Below are positions 37,765 to 46,307 of a stretch of DNA of 47,578 nucleotides, one piece after another. Source of the stretch: Candidatus Delongbacteria bacterium (GTDB lineage Bacteria > UBA4055); the NCBI GenBank assembly GCA_003477045.1, contig DMTS01000015.1, positions 2,837 through 50,414 on the forward strand, in the 5' to 3' direction. Numbering within the stretch: position 1 is the stretch's first letter; each line of letters begins with the position of its first letter. The translations under genes and the position numbers were made by a program. The notes below the pieces were generated by a model. The model ran no database searches and was not told where the DNA came from. It was given only the letters and a program-made list of their open reading frames with translations.

Positions 37765-39105
37765 ATGAAAACTAATATAATAATCTTCTTACTCCTTTTT
37801 CACATCTTTCCTATTTTCGCATGGGAAAAAGAAGGTGTTTTTGAAGCTGCATATCTTGGTGAAATTCAAAAATTGAACCATTATATTCAAGATGGTACTG
37901 ACTTAAATAAAAAGGATGACGATGGAGATCTTCCATTAACTCTAGCTGCAAGTTACAATCAATACGAAGCTGTTAAATTATTGTTAGAAAATTACGCAGA
38001 TATAAACAAAAAGACGGGTTTCGGAAGAACCGCTTTGATGGAGGCAGATTCTTTAAAAGTTGTAGAATTATTATTAAAAAGTGGTGCAAATATTGACCTT
38101 AAAGATGAAGCCGGAGACAATGCTTTATTATTAGCAGCAGCAAAATGTAATCTTAAAAAAGCAGAAGTTTTGTTAAAACTCAGTTCAGACATTAATGAAA
38201 CCAATATATTAGGTCAAACTCCATTAATTAAAGCTATTGTAAATGATTATTGTAACGAAAATCAAAAATTGAATTTTGTAAATGTACTGCTTGCAAGGAA
38301 AGCAGAAGTAGGATTAAAAGATAAAAACAATAAAACTGCCTATATTATTTCTAAAGAAAGAAATTATAATAATATCTCAAAATTATTGTTGGAAAAAGGA
38401 GCTCAAGAAGATAAATACTCGCTTGATCCGAATAGTTTAATTCAGGCTTTATTGGATAAAGAGTATGATCGCGCAAAAATGATGATCAATAACGGAGTGG
38501 AATTGAATTTTATACGCGGAAACTTTTCACCTTTAATTTGCTCTATTGAGAATATTGAAATAATGAAATTATTACTGGCAAAAGGCGCGGATGTAAATCT
38601 GAAAAATAAAATGAATATGACTGCTCTGACTATTGCAGTGATGGCTAATAATGTAAATGCCGTAAGACTTTTACTTGAAAACAATGCCGATGTAAATGTG
38701 ATTTCGACATTAAATGATCAAACACCATTAATGTTTGCCCAACAAAATAAAAACCAAGCTATTATTAAAATGCTTAAAGAAAAGGGTTCTGATATAAATG
38801 CTAAGGACAGTAACGGAAATACTGCTCTTATAATGGAGATCGGTATTGATCCGGTAAATATGGATGAGGTAAAATATCTAGTCAAAAATACAAATCAAAT
38901 TAATTTGTTTAATAACCAAGGTTTATCACCGCTGTTTAAAGCTATAGCATCAGATAATATTGAATTAGTTAAATTTTTATTGCAAAACGGTGCCGATATA
39001 AATCAAATAAATAAAAATGGGGTTAATGTTTTAACAGTAGCCAAGAAAATGAAAAACAATCCCGAAATGATTAAATTATTAAAAGATTTTGGCGCTAAAG
39101 AATAA
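37765..39105 (+). CDS. Secreted ankyrin-repeat protein (about a dozen ANK repeats)
   Basis: Repeats of the form G-x-TPL-x-A-x5-vv-x-LL-x-GADIN occur throughout, for example GDLPLTLAASYNQYEAVKLLLENYADINKK. I prefer ATG 37765, which gives the signal peptide MKTNIIIFLLLFHIFPIFA; the ORF-track start at 37711 lies inside the palindrome. Confidence 0.85.
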   Translation: MKTNIIIFLLLFHIFPIFAWEKEGVFEAAYLGEIQKLNHYIQDGTDLNKKDDDGDLPLTLAASYNQYEAVKLLLENYADINKKTGFGRTALMEADSLKVVELLLKSGANIDLKDEAGDNALLLAAAKCNLKKAEVLLKLSSDINETNILGQTPLIKAIVNDYCNENQKLNFVNVLLARKAEVGLKDKNNKTAYIISKERNYNNISKLLLEKGAQEDKYSLDPNSLIQALLDKEYDRAKMMINNGVELNFIRGNFSPLICSIENIEIMKLLLAKGADVNLKNKMNMTALTIAVMANNVNAVRLLLENNADVNVISTLNDQTPLMFAQQNKNQAIIKMLKEKGSDINAKDSNGNTALIMEIGIDPVNMDEVKYLVKNTNQINLFNNQGLSPLFKAIASDNIELVKFLLQNGADINQINKNGVNVLTVAKKMKNNPEMIKLLKDFGAKE

Positions 39106-39194
39106 TCTCCTCCTTATGTGACTCATATCACAGAACATTCTTTCAGTTTCGCTTAATATTCACTTAAGAACTTATTCCGGGGAGGGAATAAACC

Positions 39195-39350
39195 GTGACC
39201 GATAAACTAAAAAGACTTGAGGAAGAGTCGAAGATCAGGAAAAAGCTTGAAGAAATTGAAAAACTGCTCGATTCTACACATATAATTACAGACAGATATA
39301 TAAATCCGAGTAATCACAATTCATCAGATAAAGTTGAAATCTACAGATAA
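39195..39350 (+). CDS. Possible small ORF (51 aa), unknown function
   Basis: GTG 39195 follows GGAGGG (39180-39186). The translation is VTDKLKRLEEESKIRKKLEEIEKLLDSTHIITDRYINPSNHNSSDKVEIYR, with a stop at 39348-39350. It is too short for the ORF track. A hairpin TTATTCC/GGAATAA overlaps its SD. Confidence 0.3.
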   Translation: MTDKLKRLEEESKIRKKLEEIEKLLDSTHIITDRYINPSNHNSSDKVEIYR

Positions 39351-39364
39351 AAATAAATTCTTTC

Positions 39365-39393
39365 TTGCATACCCGGAGTTTATTTCTTAAAAT
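39365..39393 (+). promoter_or_regulatory. Sigma70-like promoter candidate in the long intergenic region upstream of rsgA
   Basis: TTGCAT (39365-39370), a 17-nt spacer, then TAAAAT (39388-39393). Confidence 0.4.
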
Positions 39394-39677
39394 TCAGTAT
39401 GTTTAAAATTAACCGCAGGAGGCAGTATGAAGGATATATGTTTAACAGGTAATTCGGATTGCAGAAGATAGCATAATCTAAAAGCTTCAAATTTCTTCAA
39501 TCAAAAAGGTCCGCTCAGGATCTTTGACTATCGTCAATCCAATCCGGAATTATCAAACCAAAAAAGAAATATCCGTTCTCAGAACGGCAATACTAAATTT
39601 AATCGAACAGGAGGTCAGTATGATATTATCTATCGTAACAAGCAAAACTAAAACAGAAAATTTGGAGACAAAAAATA

Positions 39678-40805
39678 ATGAGCACAATAATAGATTACGG
39701 CTGGGATGAGTTCTTTGAAAAAAGTTTTGAACCTTATAAAGCTTTGAATTGCATACCGGCGAGAGTAACGAAAGAAAGCATCAATCAGTACTGGCTGATG
39801 ACGGATGAAGGCGAGATAAAATCAATCCTTTCCACAAAGTTCTTTATGAGCACATTCGGAAAAGAACAGCTGCCTGTCGTGGGCGACTGGACAGCGGTTA
39901 AAAAGCCTGAAGGATCGGAAGAATATTTCATCGAGGGAGTTCTGCCGAGAAAGACAAAACTGATCAGAAAAGGCAAGGACAAATTCGGGCGGAACTTTGA
40001 AAAAGCGGGTGACGGCGGAATACGCATCATTTCAAGCAACATTGATACCGTATTTTATGTAGCAGCAATGGATCACCGCGATTTCAACCTGACAAAGATC
40101 GAAAGGTACATAGTCATGCTGCATGAAAGCGGAGCAGAGCCCGTTCTGATCCTGAATAAAAAGGACATCTGCCCCGATTACGAAGATTATATCGCGCAAA
40201 TAAAGAAAATATCGGGCGATCTGCCGGTTTACGCTGTAAGCGCAGTTGATTTCGATGGAATTGACGGGCTTCTCGAATATCTGAAGCCTGGAAAAACAGT
40301 CAGCTTTATAGGCTCGTCAGGTGTAGGAAAGTCATCAATAATCAACGCACTGATGGGCGAGGACATTATGTTCGTCAGCGATATCAGAACTGCTGACAGG
40401 CGCGGAAAGCACACGACGACGCACAGAGAAATGCTTCTGTTCCCTGAAGGCGGGATCTTGATAGACAATCCAGGTATCCGCGATCTGAAACCCGTAGCTT
40501 CGCAGGAAGCTCTTGAGAACACTTTTGAAGATGTTGTTACACTTGAAAGCCAGTGCAGGTTTTCAAACTGCCGGCATCAGACAGAACCGGGCTGCGCAAT
40601 TAATGAAGCTCTCGAAAGCGGCGAACTTACTGCCAAGAGATATGAAAATTATATCAAACTCAAGCGTGAATCAGCTTTCTTTGAAAAAAGGTCAAAGCAG
40701 AGAGAAAAGTTTCTTCAGAAAGCTTTTGAGAAAGAAAAACAGGGCGCTATGAAGATCAAGCAGCACAGTAAAGGCTTAAGCCGGCGTGATAAGTACGCTA
40801 ATTGA
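39678..40805 (+). CDS. rsgA: Ribosome small-subunit-dependent GTPase A
   Basis: Circularly permuted GTPase motifs are present (NKKD, then GSSGVGKSSIINAL, then DNPG). GKHTTTHREM and the zinc knuckle CRFSNCRHQTEPGC are also present. Confidence 0.9.
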   Translation: MSTIIDYGWDEFFEKSFEPYKALNCIPARVTKESINQYWLMTDEGEIKSILSTKFFMSTFGKEQLPVVGDWTAVKKPEGSEEYFIEGVLPRKTKLIRKGKDKFGRNFEKAGDGGIRIISSNIDTVFYVAAMDHRDFNLTKIERYIVMLHESGAEPVLILNKKDICPDYEDYIAQIKKISGDLPVYAVSAVDFDGIDGLLEYLKPGKTVSFIGSSGVGKSSIINALMGEDIMFVSDIRTADRRGKHTTTHREMLLFPEGGILIDNPGIRDLKPVASQEALENTFEDVVTLESQCRFSNCRHQTEPGCAINEALESGELTAKRYENYIKLKRESAFFEKRSKQREKFLQKAFEKEKQGAMKIKQHSKGLSRRDKYAN

Positions 40806-40811
40806 AAAATC

Positions 40812-40838
40812 GGGTCTCGAAAGAGGCCCTTTTTATTT
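40812..40838 (+). terminator. Rho-independent terminator after rsgA
   Basis: GGGTCTC-GAAA-GAGGCCC hairpin with a GNRA-type loop and one G-U pair, followed by TTTTTATTTT. Confidence 0.75.
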
Positions 40839-40841
40839 TGT

Positions 40842-40870
40842 TTGACTTATTATATCTCAAGCAGTAAATT
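40842..40870 (+). promoter_or_regulatory. Sigma70-like promoter candidate for the 40901-47555 gene string
   Basis: TTGACT (40842-40847), a 17-nt spacer, then TAAATT (40865-40870). Confidence 0.4.
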
Positions 40871-40900
40871 GTATTCTGAAAATAATTGAAAGGTTTCCAT

Positions 40901-41083
40901 ATGGAAAGAAGCAAACCGGATTTCAAAATTTTTATACCTTTGGGTATTGTTTTCATCGGAGCCGGAGTAGTTTTTCTAAGAAATTCTTCCGGTACCGGTA
41001 TAGCTCTTATCGCAGTCGGTCTTTCATGGGTAGCTATCGGCTATGCTAAGTCTAAAAAACGGAAAGATGGGGAGAAGAAATGA
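40901..41083 (+). CDS. Small two-helix membrane protein
   Basis: MERSKPDFKIFIPLGIVFIGAGVVFL...GIALIAVGLSWVAIGYAKSKKRK has two hydrophobic helices. Its stop overlaps the next start (ATGA at 41080-41083). Confidence 0.55.
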   Translation: MERSKPDFKIFIPLGIVFIGAGVVFLRNSSGTGIALIAVGLSWVAIGYAKSKKRKDGEKK

Positions 41084-42606
41084 GATCATTTAAATTTATC
41101 TTGTTCTTTATGATAATTTTTTCTTTTCAGGCTTCCGCATACGACCTGAAGGAATTGGCAAAGCTTTTTAAAGAAGATGCGAAAAATGTGCCTAAAGATA
41201 CTTATGAAGATTACATAAAATCACGGCCGGATATTCCCTTGTTCATATCCGAAAGACAGGTCTTCCCTGCCCCTGAAAATGGAATAAAATCGAAGTCAAT
41301 TTCTAAGATACTTGTAATAACCGAATCAGTCCTTTATCCGCAGATCGAATCAAAAGTATTAAGATATGTGAATGACATTCAGAATGTTTACGTCTGCACT
41401 GTGGTCTCGCAGCAGGCTTCAGCATCTATTCATCCGGTTGCTCTCAAGAATATGCTCATCAATGAATGGAATCTCGGAGCGATTAACGGTGTCGTTCTTA
41501 TCGGCGATCTTCCCGCTGGCTGGTTTGAAATTGAGAATGACTACAATGAATACGGTTATGCGGAATTTCCCTGCGACCTTTTTCTGATGGACTTAAACGG
41601 AACATGGACTGACTCGGACAGCAACGGAAAGTATGATTCCCATACGGGATCGCTCATTAATCCTGAAATTTTTGTTGGAAGGATATCGACCGCAAATATG
41701 GGTGACCTGACTTCGGAACTACAGGGTATGAACGATTATCTGGATAGAAATCATAGCTACTGGGCAGGAATTACTACCGTTAATCATCAGAAAGGTTTGA
41801 CCTACACCGATCATGACTGGACTCCTTACTCAGAATTTTCATACGATATTAACAATCTTTACAATGTATTTGATGCTTACAACGCGAACAATTCATTTTT
41901 TGGCAAATCTGACTATTTTACCAGATTAAGCAGCGGAACTTATGAATTTGTCCAACTTGCCTGCCACTCGAATTGGACTCTTCACCGAATGTACGGTTCA
42001 ACTGTAGAAGATTTTGAAGAGATTTCGACAAATGAGATATTTTCTCTTCCTCCTAAGGCGATAGTCTATAATCTGTTCTGCTGTAGCGGTGTAAGATGGA
42101 CAAATACCGATTCATTGGGTTTTCTGGGAGGTACTTATGTTTATAATTCCAGCTCAAAAGCAATGGCATCCATAGGCAGCACCAAGACCGGATCAATGCT
42201 TGGTTTCAGTGATTTTTACTACTCTCTTTCCTATGACGGAGCAATTGGGCAGGCACTAAAAAACTGGTGGATTAATTATGTCGGAACTACGCATGATTTT
42301 GACGAGATCTGCTGGTTTTACGGAATGAGCATAATCGGCGATCCGCTTACCGACCCGATGTATGACGCACCGTATGTGATAGTCCCGCCGGACAATGTCA
42401 GCATCGCAAGATCAGGAACTGATGCTGTTGTGAGTTGGAATGCCGTTTCAGGGGCAGCTTCTTATTCGGTTTACTCATCTGCCGATCCTACAGCTGTATT
42501 TCCTACAGGATGGACTCTATCGTCTGATGGTATAAACACTTTGAATTGGATAGACTCAAACCCTTCCGCCGTAAAGAAATTCTATTCAGTAACAGCTGTG
42601 TTTTAA
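41080..42606 (+). CDS. Secreted clan-CD (gingipain/C25-like) cysteine peptidase homolog with a terminal FN3-like domain
   Basis: A signal peptide is followed by the C25-like segment CDLFLMDLNGTW...NPEIFVGRISTANMGD. The candidate His lies in LACHSNW, with the candidate Cys 38 residues later in NLFCCSG. The C-terminal 73 aa (42385-42603), VSWNAVSGAASYSVYSS...KKFYSVTAVF, look FN3-like. Confidence 0.55.
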   Translation: MRSFKFILFFMIIFSFQASAYDLKELAKLFKEDAKNVPKDTYEDYIKSRPDIPLFISERQVFPAPENGIKSKSISKILVITESVLYPQIESKVLRYVNDIQNVYVCTVVSQQASASIHPVALKNMLINEWNLGAINGVVLIGDLPAGWFEIENDYNEYGYAEFPCDLFLMDLNGTWTDSDSNGKYDSHTGSLINPEIFVGRISTANMGDLTSELQGMNDYLDRNHSYWAGITTVNHQKGLTYTDHDWTPYSEFSYDINNLYNVFDAYNANNSFFGKSDYFTRLSSGTYEFVQLACHSNWTLHRMYGSTVEDFEEISTNEIFSLPPKAIVYNLFCCSGVRWTNTDSLGFLGGTYVYNSSSKAMASIGSTKTGSMLGFSDFYYSLSYDGAIGQALKNWWINYVGTTHDFDEICWFYGMSIIGDPLTDPMYDAPYVIVPPDNVSIARSGTDAVVSWNAVSGAASYSVYSSADPTAVFPTGWTLSSDGINTLNWIDSNPSAVKKFYSVTAVF

Positions 42607-42624
42607 CAAAATAGGATTAAATTC

Positions 42625-43260
42625 ATGAATTCTTATACGCTTATCCTTCCATCTTCACTCGAGCCGCGCAGAGCCGAATTTGAAGGCTATATTGCAAAAG
42701 CACTTGAGAATGTCCGCGCTTTTGCGGCAAAATACGGCTGGTCTTCACTGGTTCATGAAAGCTTCTTTGATAAAGTCATGATCTTCGACGTCAAAAATGA
42801 TTTTGACAGAACTCTCCTAGAGCTTTGCAAAATGGATCCCGAAATGGTGCTCCCTGAAAGTTACTGCGGCGCACTTGAAGAACGAAATCTTATAGCGGTC
42901 TCCCCCGAATATTATACGAAAGTTTATCCTCAGGGGATCGAGCCTGACAGCTATATTAAACTTCTGACGCATGAAATTTGCCACAGGCTTCATGTCCGCA
43001 TTTTAAACGGTGATGAGGAAGCGATGGGTCCGGTCTGGTTCTTTGAAGGCTTCGCGATCTTTGCTGCAGACCAGTTCACGCAGTCGAAAATTAAGCTCAC
43101 ACAGGAAGATATCTTTTTTATAATTGGCGAATCGAGGCGCGGTAACTACGAACAATATTCGCATGTATTTAAATATTTCGTGAATAAGATCCCTCTAAAA
43201 GAGCTTGTCACCAATGCGAAGCGCGAAGACCTTAACGACTGGCTAAGAATAAAATCTTAA
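42625..43260 (+). CDS. Putative cytoplasmic zinc metallopeptidase-like protein (HExxH)
   Basis: LLTHEICHRLH is followed about 20 residues later by WFFEGFAIFAA (HExxH plus a downstream Glu, gluzincin-like). There is no signal peptide. Confidence 0.4.
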   Translation: MNSYTLILPSSLEPRRAEFEGYIAKALENVRAFAAKYGWSSLVHESFFDKVMIFDVKNDFDRTLLELCKMDPEMVLPESYCGALEERNLIAVSPEYYTKVYPQGIEPDSYIKLLTHEICHRLHVRILNGDEEAMGPVWFFEGFAIFAADQFTQSKIKLTQEDIFFIIGESRRGNYEQYSHVFKYFVNKIPLKELVTNAKREDLNDWLRIKS

Positions 43261-43291
43261 GGAGACTATCATAAAATTCTTTATAATTTTA

Positions 43292-44452
43292 TTGATTACA
43301 GGTATTTTCATAATTTCCTGCGCATCAAAACCCGAAAACACACCTAATTATGTAATAAATATTATCAACGGCGTAGAAAACATCATCAATAATAATGAGC
43401 CTTCTATACCTCTAGAAGTTATGAAAATAAATTTAAAGTCAACACTCACCATCAATGGAACCTCTGATTCGACTGATACTTCTACCTTCAGAACATTATC
43501 GTATTTTACTATAGATTTAAAAGGGAACATCTATATATTCGACGAGAACCTCAATAAAGTATTTAAATTTGACAATTTAGGAAAGTTTGTCAAAACTTTT
43601 GGCGGACGGGGTGCAGGACCTGGAGAATTTATAGCTGTAGGAGGAATAACCTGCCTGAACGATACTCTTTTTATTGTTGACTCACCTGTCAAAAAAATGA
43701 ATAGATTTGACACTGAAGGTAATTTTCTTAACACTTCCATGATTCCGGGAACACCTTCATTGTACAACAATTTTTGTACAGTAAACGGAATGTTATTGAT
43801 GCAGAGATTATCTATTAAGAAAAATGAAAACAATCTTGAAATGTATAAATTGACCGAAATTCGTGAAAGCAATCTGAAAAAATTAACATTATTTGATTCT
43901 TCGTATGTTGGATATCCTCCTCAAACTGTCAAAGAAGAGCTGTCCATATCTAGAGCAATTGCAGCAAATAAAAATTATTTTTACATTGCCAACAAGGGTG
44001 ATTTTCTTGATTATAAAATCAAAGTACTTAACGGAAACGGAGAGATTCAGAAAATTATAAAAAAGAAGTTTTCCAGATTAAAGATAAGCGAAAAAGAATT
44101 AAATCAAAATATTGCAGATTTGCAGGACAACGGATTATTGGAATCAAAAAATGATTCTGAAGAATATAAGTTGCAAACAGATTATAAACCTTCGATCAGA
44201 TGGATATTTTGCGATAAACTTGGAAGATTATGGGTCAATGAAAGCAGATTGATAGAAGATCCTGCTGATAAAAAAATGAAATTCAGTATTTTTGAGAATG
44301 GAATTTACTTAAATTCTATTCTGCTCAATCTAGACGTTACAGATCCAAGCATGATTTATGATGTTCTGTCAACGTGCGACCTACAATTCCTCGGAAACAA
44401 AATTTATGCTTTGAACAGAAATGAAAACCGTTTAACAGTTTATGAGTACTGA
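43292..44452 (+). CDS. Six-bladed beta-propeller (NHL/TolB-like) lipoprotein
   Basis: The lipobox FIISCAS is present. Propeller-type repeats include IYIFDENLNKVFKFDNLGKFVKTFGGRGAGPGEF and LFIVDSPVKKMNRFDTEGNF. The true start is probably upstream of TTG 43292 (see finding). Confidence 0.65.
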   Translation: MITGIFIISCASKPENTPNYVINIINGVENIINNNEPSIPLEVMKINLKSTLTINGTSDSTDTSTFRTLSYFTIDLKGNIYIFDENLNKVFKFDNLGKFVKTFGGRGAGPGEFIAVGGITCLNDTLFIVDSPVKKMNRFDTEGNFLNTSMIPGTPSLYNNFCTVNGMLLMQRLSIKKNENNLEMYKLTEIRESNLKKLTLFDSSYVGYPPQTVKEELSISRAIAANKNYFYIANKGDFLDYKIKVLNGNGEIQKIIKKKFSRLKISEKELNQNIADLQDNGLLESKNDSEEYKLQTDYKPSIRWIFCDKLGRLWVNESRLIEDPADKKMKFSIFENGIYLNSILLNLDVTDPSMIYDVLSTCDLQFLGNKIYALNRNENRLTVYEY

Positions 44453-45215
44453 AATTTATTATGAATCCGTTTCCGCACTGATCCTCGCCGGAGGCAAAGG
44501 GACGCGGATGAAATCCGACCTTCCGAAAGCTCTTTTTAAGGTCGGTAATGATACTATTATAGAACATATCGTGAAAGCTGTTTCGGTCAAAGCCGTCAGC
44601 AGCGTAGCAGTCGTTGTAAGTCCTTCAAACATTGACCCCATAAGAAAAGTTCTCGGCTCGAAAGCTGAATACATTCTTCAGCCTGAAGCTAAAGGCACCG
44701 GACATGCGGTTATGTGCGCAGAACCCGCTCTGAAAGGGCGATCTGAAAACATCATCATATTCGTCGGTGATGCGCCTTTCATCACGCAGGAAATGGTCAC
44801 TGATCTTATAAATATACATGTCAAAAATAATAATGCCTGCACATTTTATACCGCGTTTTATGAAACCGGATATATTCCCCCTTACGGAAGGATAGTCAGA
44901 GATTATTCAGGCAGGATCCTGAAAGTTGTTGAGGAAAAGGACGCTTCGCAAGATCAGAAGGCTATCAGGGAAGTTCTTACATCGCATTACTGTTTCAGAA
45001 CTGATAAACTGTTCGGTGCGCTTAAAAATATCAGCAACGAGAATTCGGGAAAAGAATATTACCTTACCGATGTAATAGGGATACTTATAGAAGCCGGTGA
45101 ACGGGTTGAAACCGTCCCAGCAGAAGATCCCGCCTTTCTCGCAGGCATAAACACTCAGGAAGAACTCGGACTCCGCACAATTGAGATGAACGAATATTTG
45201 AGAATACACAAATGA
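44442..45215 (+). CDS. Sugar-1-phosphate nucleotidyltransferase (GlmU N-terminal-domain-like, lacking the acetyltransferase domain)
   Basis: LILAGGKGTRMKSDLPKALFKVG and GDAPFI motifs are present. At 257 aa there is no LbH C-terminal domain. The gene overlaps the upstream gene by 11 nt. Confidence 0.75.
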   Translation: MSTEIYYESVSALILAGGKGTRMKSDLPKALFKVGNDTIIEHIVKAVSVKAVSSVAVVVSPSNIDPIRKVLGSKAEYILQPEAKGTGHAVMCAEPALKGRSENIIIFVGDAPFITQEMVTDLINIHVKNNNACTFYTAFYETGYIPPYGRIVRDYSGRILKVVEEKDASQDQKAIREVLTSHYCFRTDKLFGALKNISNENSGKEYYLTDVIGILIEAGERVETVPAEDPAFLAGINTQEELGLRTIEMNEYLRIHK

Positions 45216-46297
45216 AGAACAGGATCAAAGTATCGGCACCCGGAAGAATATGCCTATTCGGCGAACATCAGGATTATCTCGGTCTGCCCGTGATCACTGC
45301 GGCAATCGACCTCAGGCTTGAACTTACGGCTGCGCTAAGATACGATAATTTTCTGAACATTTCACTGCCTGATATCAGATCATTTGAGAAACTCGATTTT
45401 TCCAGAGGAAAAGAGTTTAAATATAAGAAACCGCGGGATTACTTCCGCAGCGGATACAATGTTCTCTTCAGAAAAGGGTTACGAATTGATCAGGGTTATG
45501 ATCTTCAGATACGAAGCTCTATACCGATAAACTCAGGCACATCGTCATCTTCTGCGCTGATCAACGTCTGGATAAGATTTTTGAACGAAATAAGCCCGAA
45601 CAGTATCACTCTTAACGATAAGATGACCGCTCATTTATCTTACCTTGCGGAAGTCGAGGAATTCGGCGAACCCGGCGGAAAGATGGATCAGTATGCCACC
45701 GCACTTGGAAATATTTTATTTATTGATTTTCATGACGGAACTAGAGTTACTGAATTTGACATTAATCCCGGATATTTCGTTCTCGGTGATTCAAAAGAGC
45801 CTAAGGATACGCTTCATATTTTAAGAAGCGTAAAAGATCAGGTGCTTTCCGCCGTTCATAAGATAAGAGAGCATAATCCTGAATTCAGCCTTTTTGATTA
45901 CGACCTGAATTCCGCTGAAAAGTTTCAAGAGATTCTGACCGCAAGGGAGTATGAGGTTTTATCAGCGGCGTTTATGAACAAAGAGTTCACATACAAAGCG
46001 CTTGAACAGCTTCAAAAAGGCATTCCCGACAGAAAGCTTTTCGGTCGTATGCTGACGGAACATCATACGGTTCTAGATGAAAGACTCGGAATATCAACCC
46101 CGAAGATCAACAAAATGATAAAAGCTGCGATAAGTTCCGGAGCTTACGGCGGAAAGATCAACGGTTCAGGCGGCGGCGGCTGTATGTTCGTTTATGCACC
46201 TGATGAGCCTGAAAAAGCTGCCGTAGCTATCGAAAAGGAAGGCGGTAAAGCCTATATTGTCAAAGTCAGCGACGGTTTAAGAACGGAAAGGTATTAA
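45212..46297 (+). CDS. GHMP-family sugar kinase (galactokinase-like)
   Basis: APGRICLFGEHQDYLG, the GHMP motif IPINSGTSSSSALI, and GGKINGSGGGGCMFVY are present. There is an ATGA start/stop overlap with the upstream gene. Confidence 0.8.
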   Translation: MKNRIKVSAPGRICLFGEHQDYLGLPVITAAIDLRLELTAALRYDNFLNISLPDIRSFEKLDFSRGKEFKYKKPRDYFRSGYNVLFRKGLRIDQGYDLQIRSSIPINSGTSSSSALINVWIRFLNEISPNSITLNDKMTAHLSYLAEVEEFGEPGGKMDQYATALGNILFIDFHDGTRVTEFDINPGYFVLGDSKEPKDTLHILRSVKDQVLSAVHKIREHNPEFSLFDYDLNSAEKFQEILTAREYEVLSAAFMNKEFTYKALEQLQKGIPDRKLFGRMLTEHHTVLDERLGISTPKINKMIKAAISSGAYGGKINGSGGGGCMFVYAPDEPEKAAVAIEKEGGKAYIVKVSDGLRTERY

Positions 46298-46307
46298 AGG
46301 AGATCTT

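Noticed and set aside
39106-39677. A known structured RNA (tmRNA, RNase P RNA, SRP RNA, tRNA) in the long intergenic region
   Set aside because: I found no tRNA-like T-arm (GTTCGAATC-type) and no tmRNA 5' GGGG / 3' CCA-end architecture. The RNase P CR-I core (GAGGAAAGTCCGGGC) is absent; only a weak AAAGGTCCGCTC resemblance occurs at about 39505. The region is also very AT-rich. This cannot be excluded without a covariance-model scan.
39524-39709. 61-aa ORF from the track in the rsgA upstream region
   Set aside because: It has a TTG start with no SD. Only its last 29 codons follow a good SD-ATG (39620), and it overlaps the rsgA start. I treat it as a possible uORF in a finding, not as a supported gene.
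40848-40856. A fourth copy of the ATTATAT motif upstream of the small membrane protein gene
   Set aside because: Only the 9-mer TTATTATAT matches, and it ends in C rather than T. It falls in the spacer of a better TTGACT-N17-TAAATT promoter candidate and lacks the preceding T-run. I therefore do not count it with the three boundary elements.
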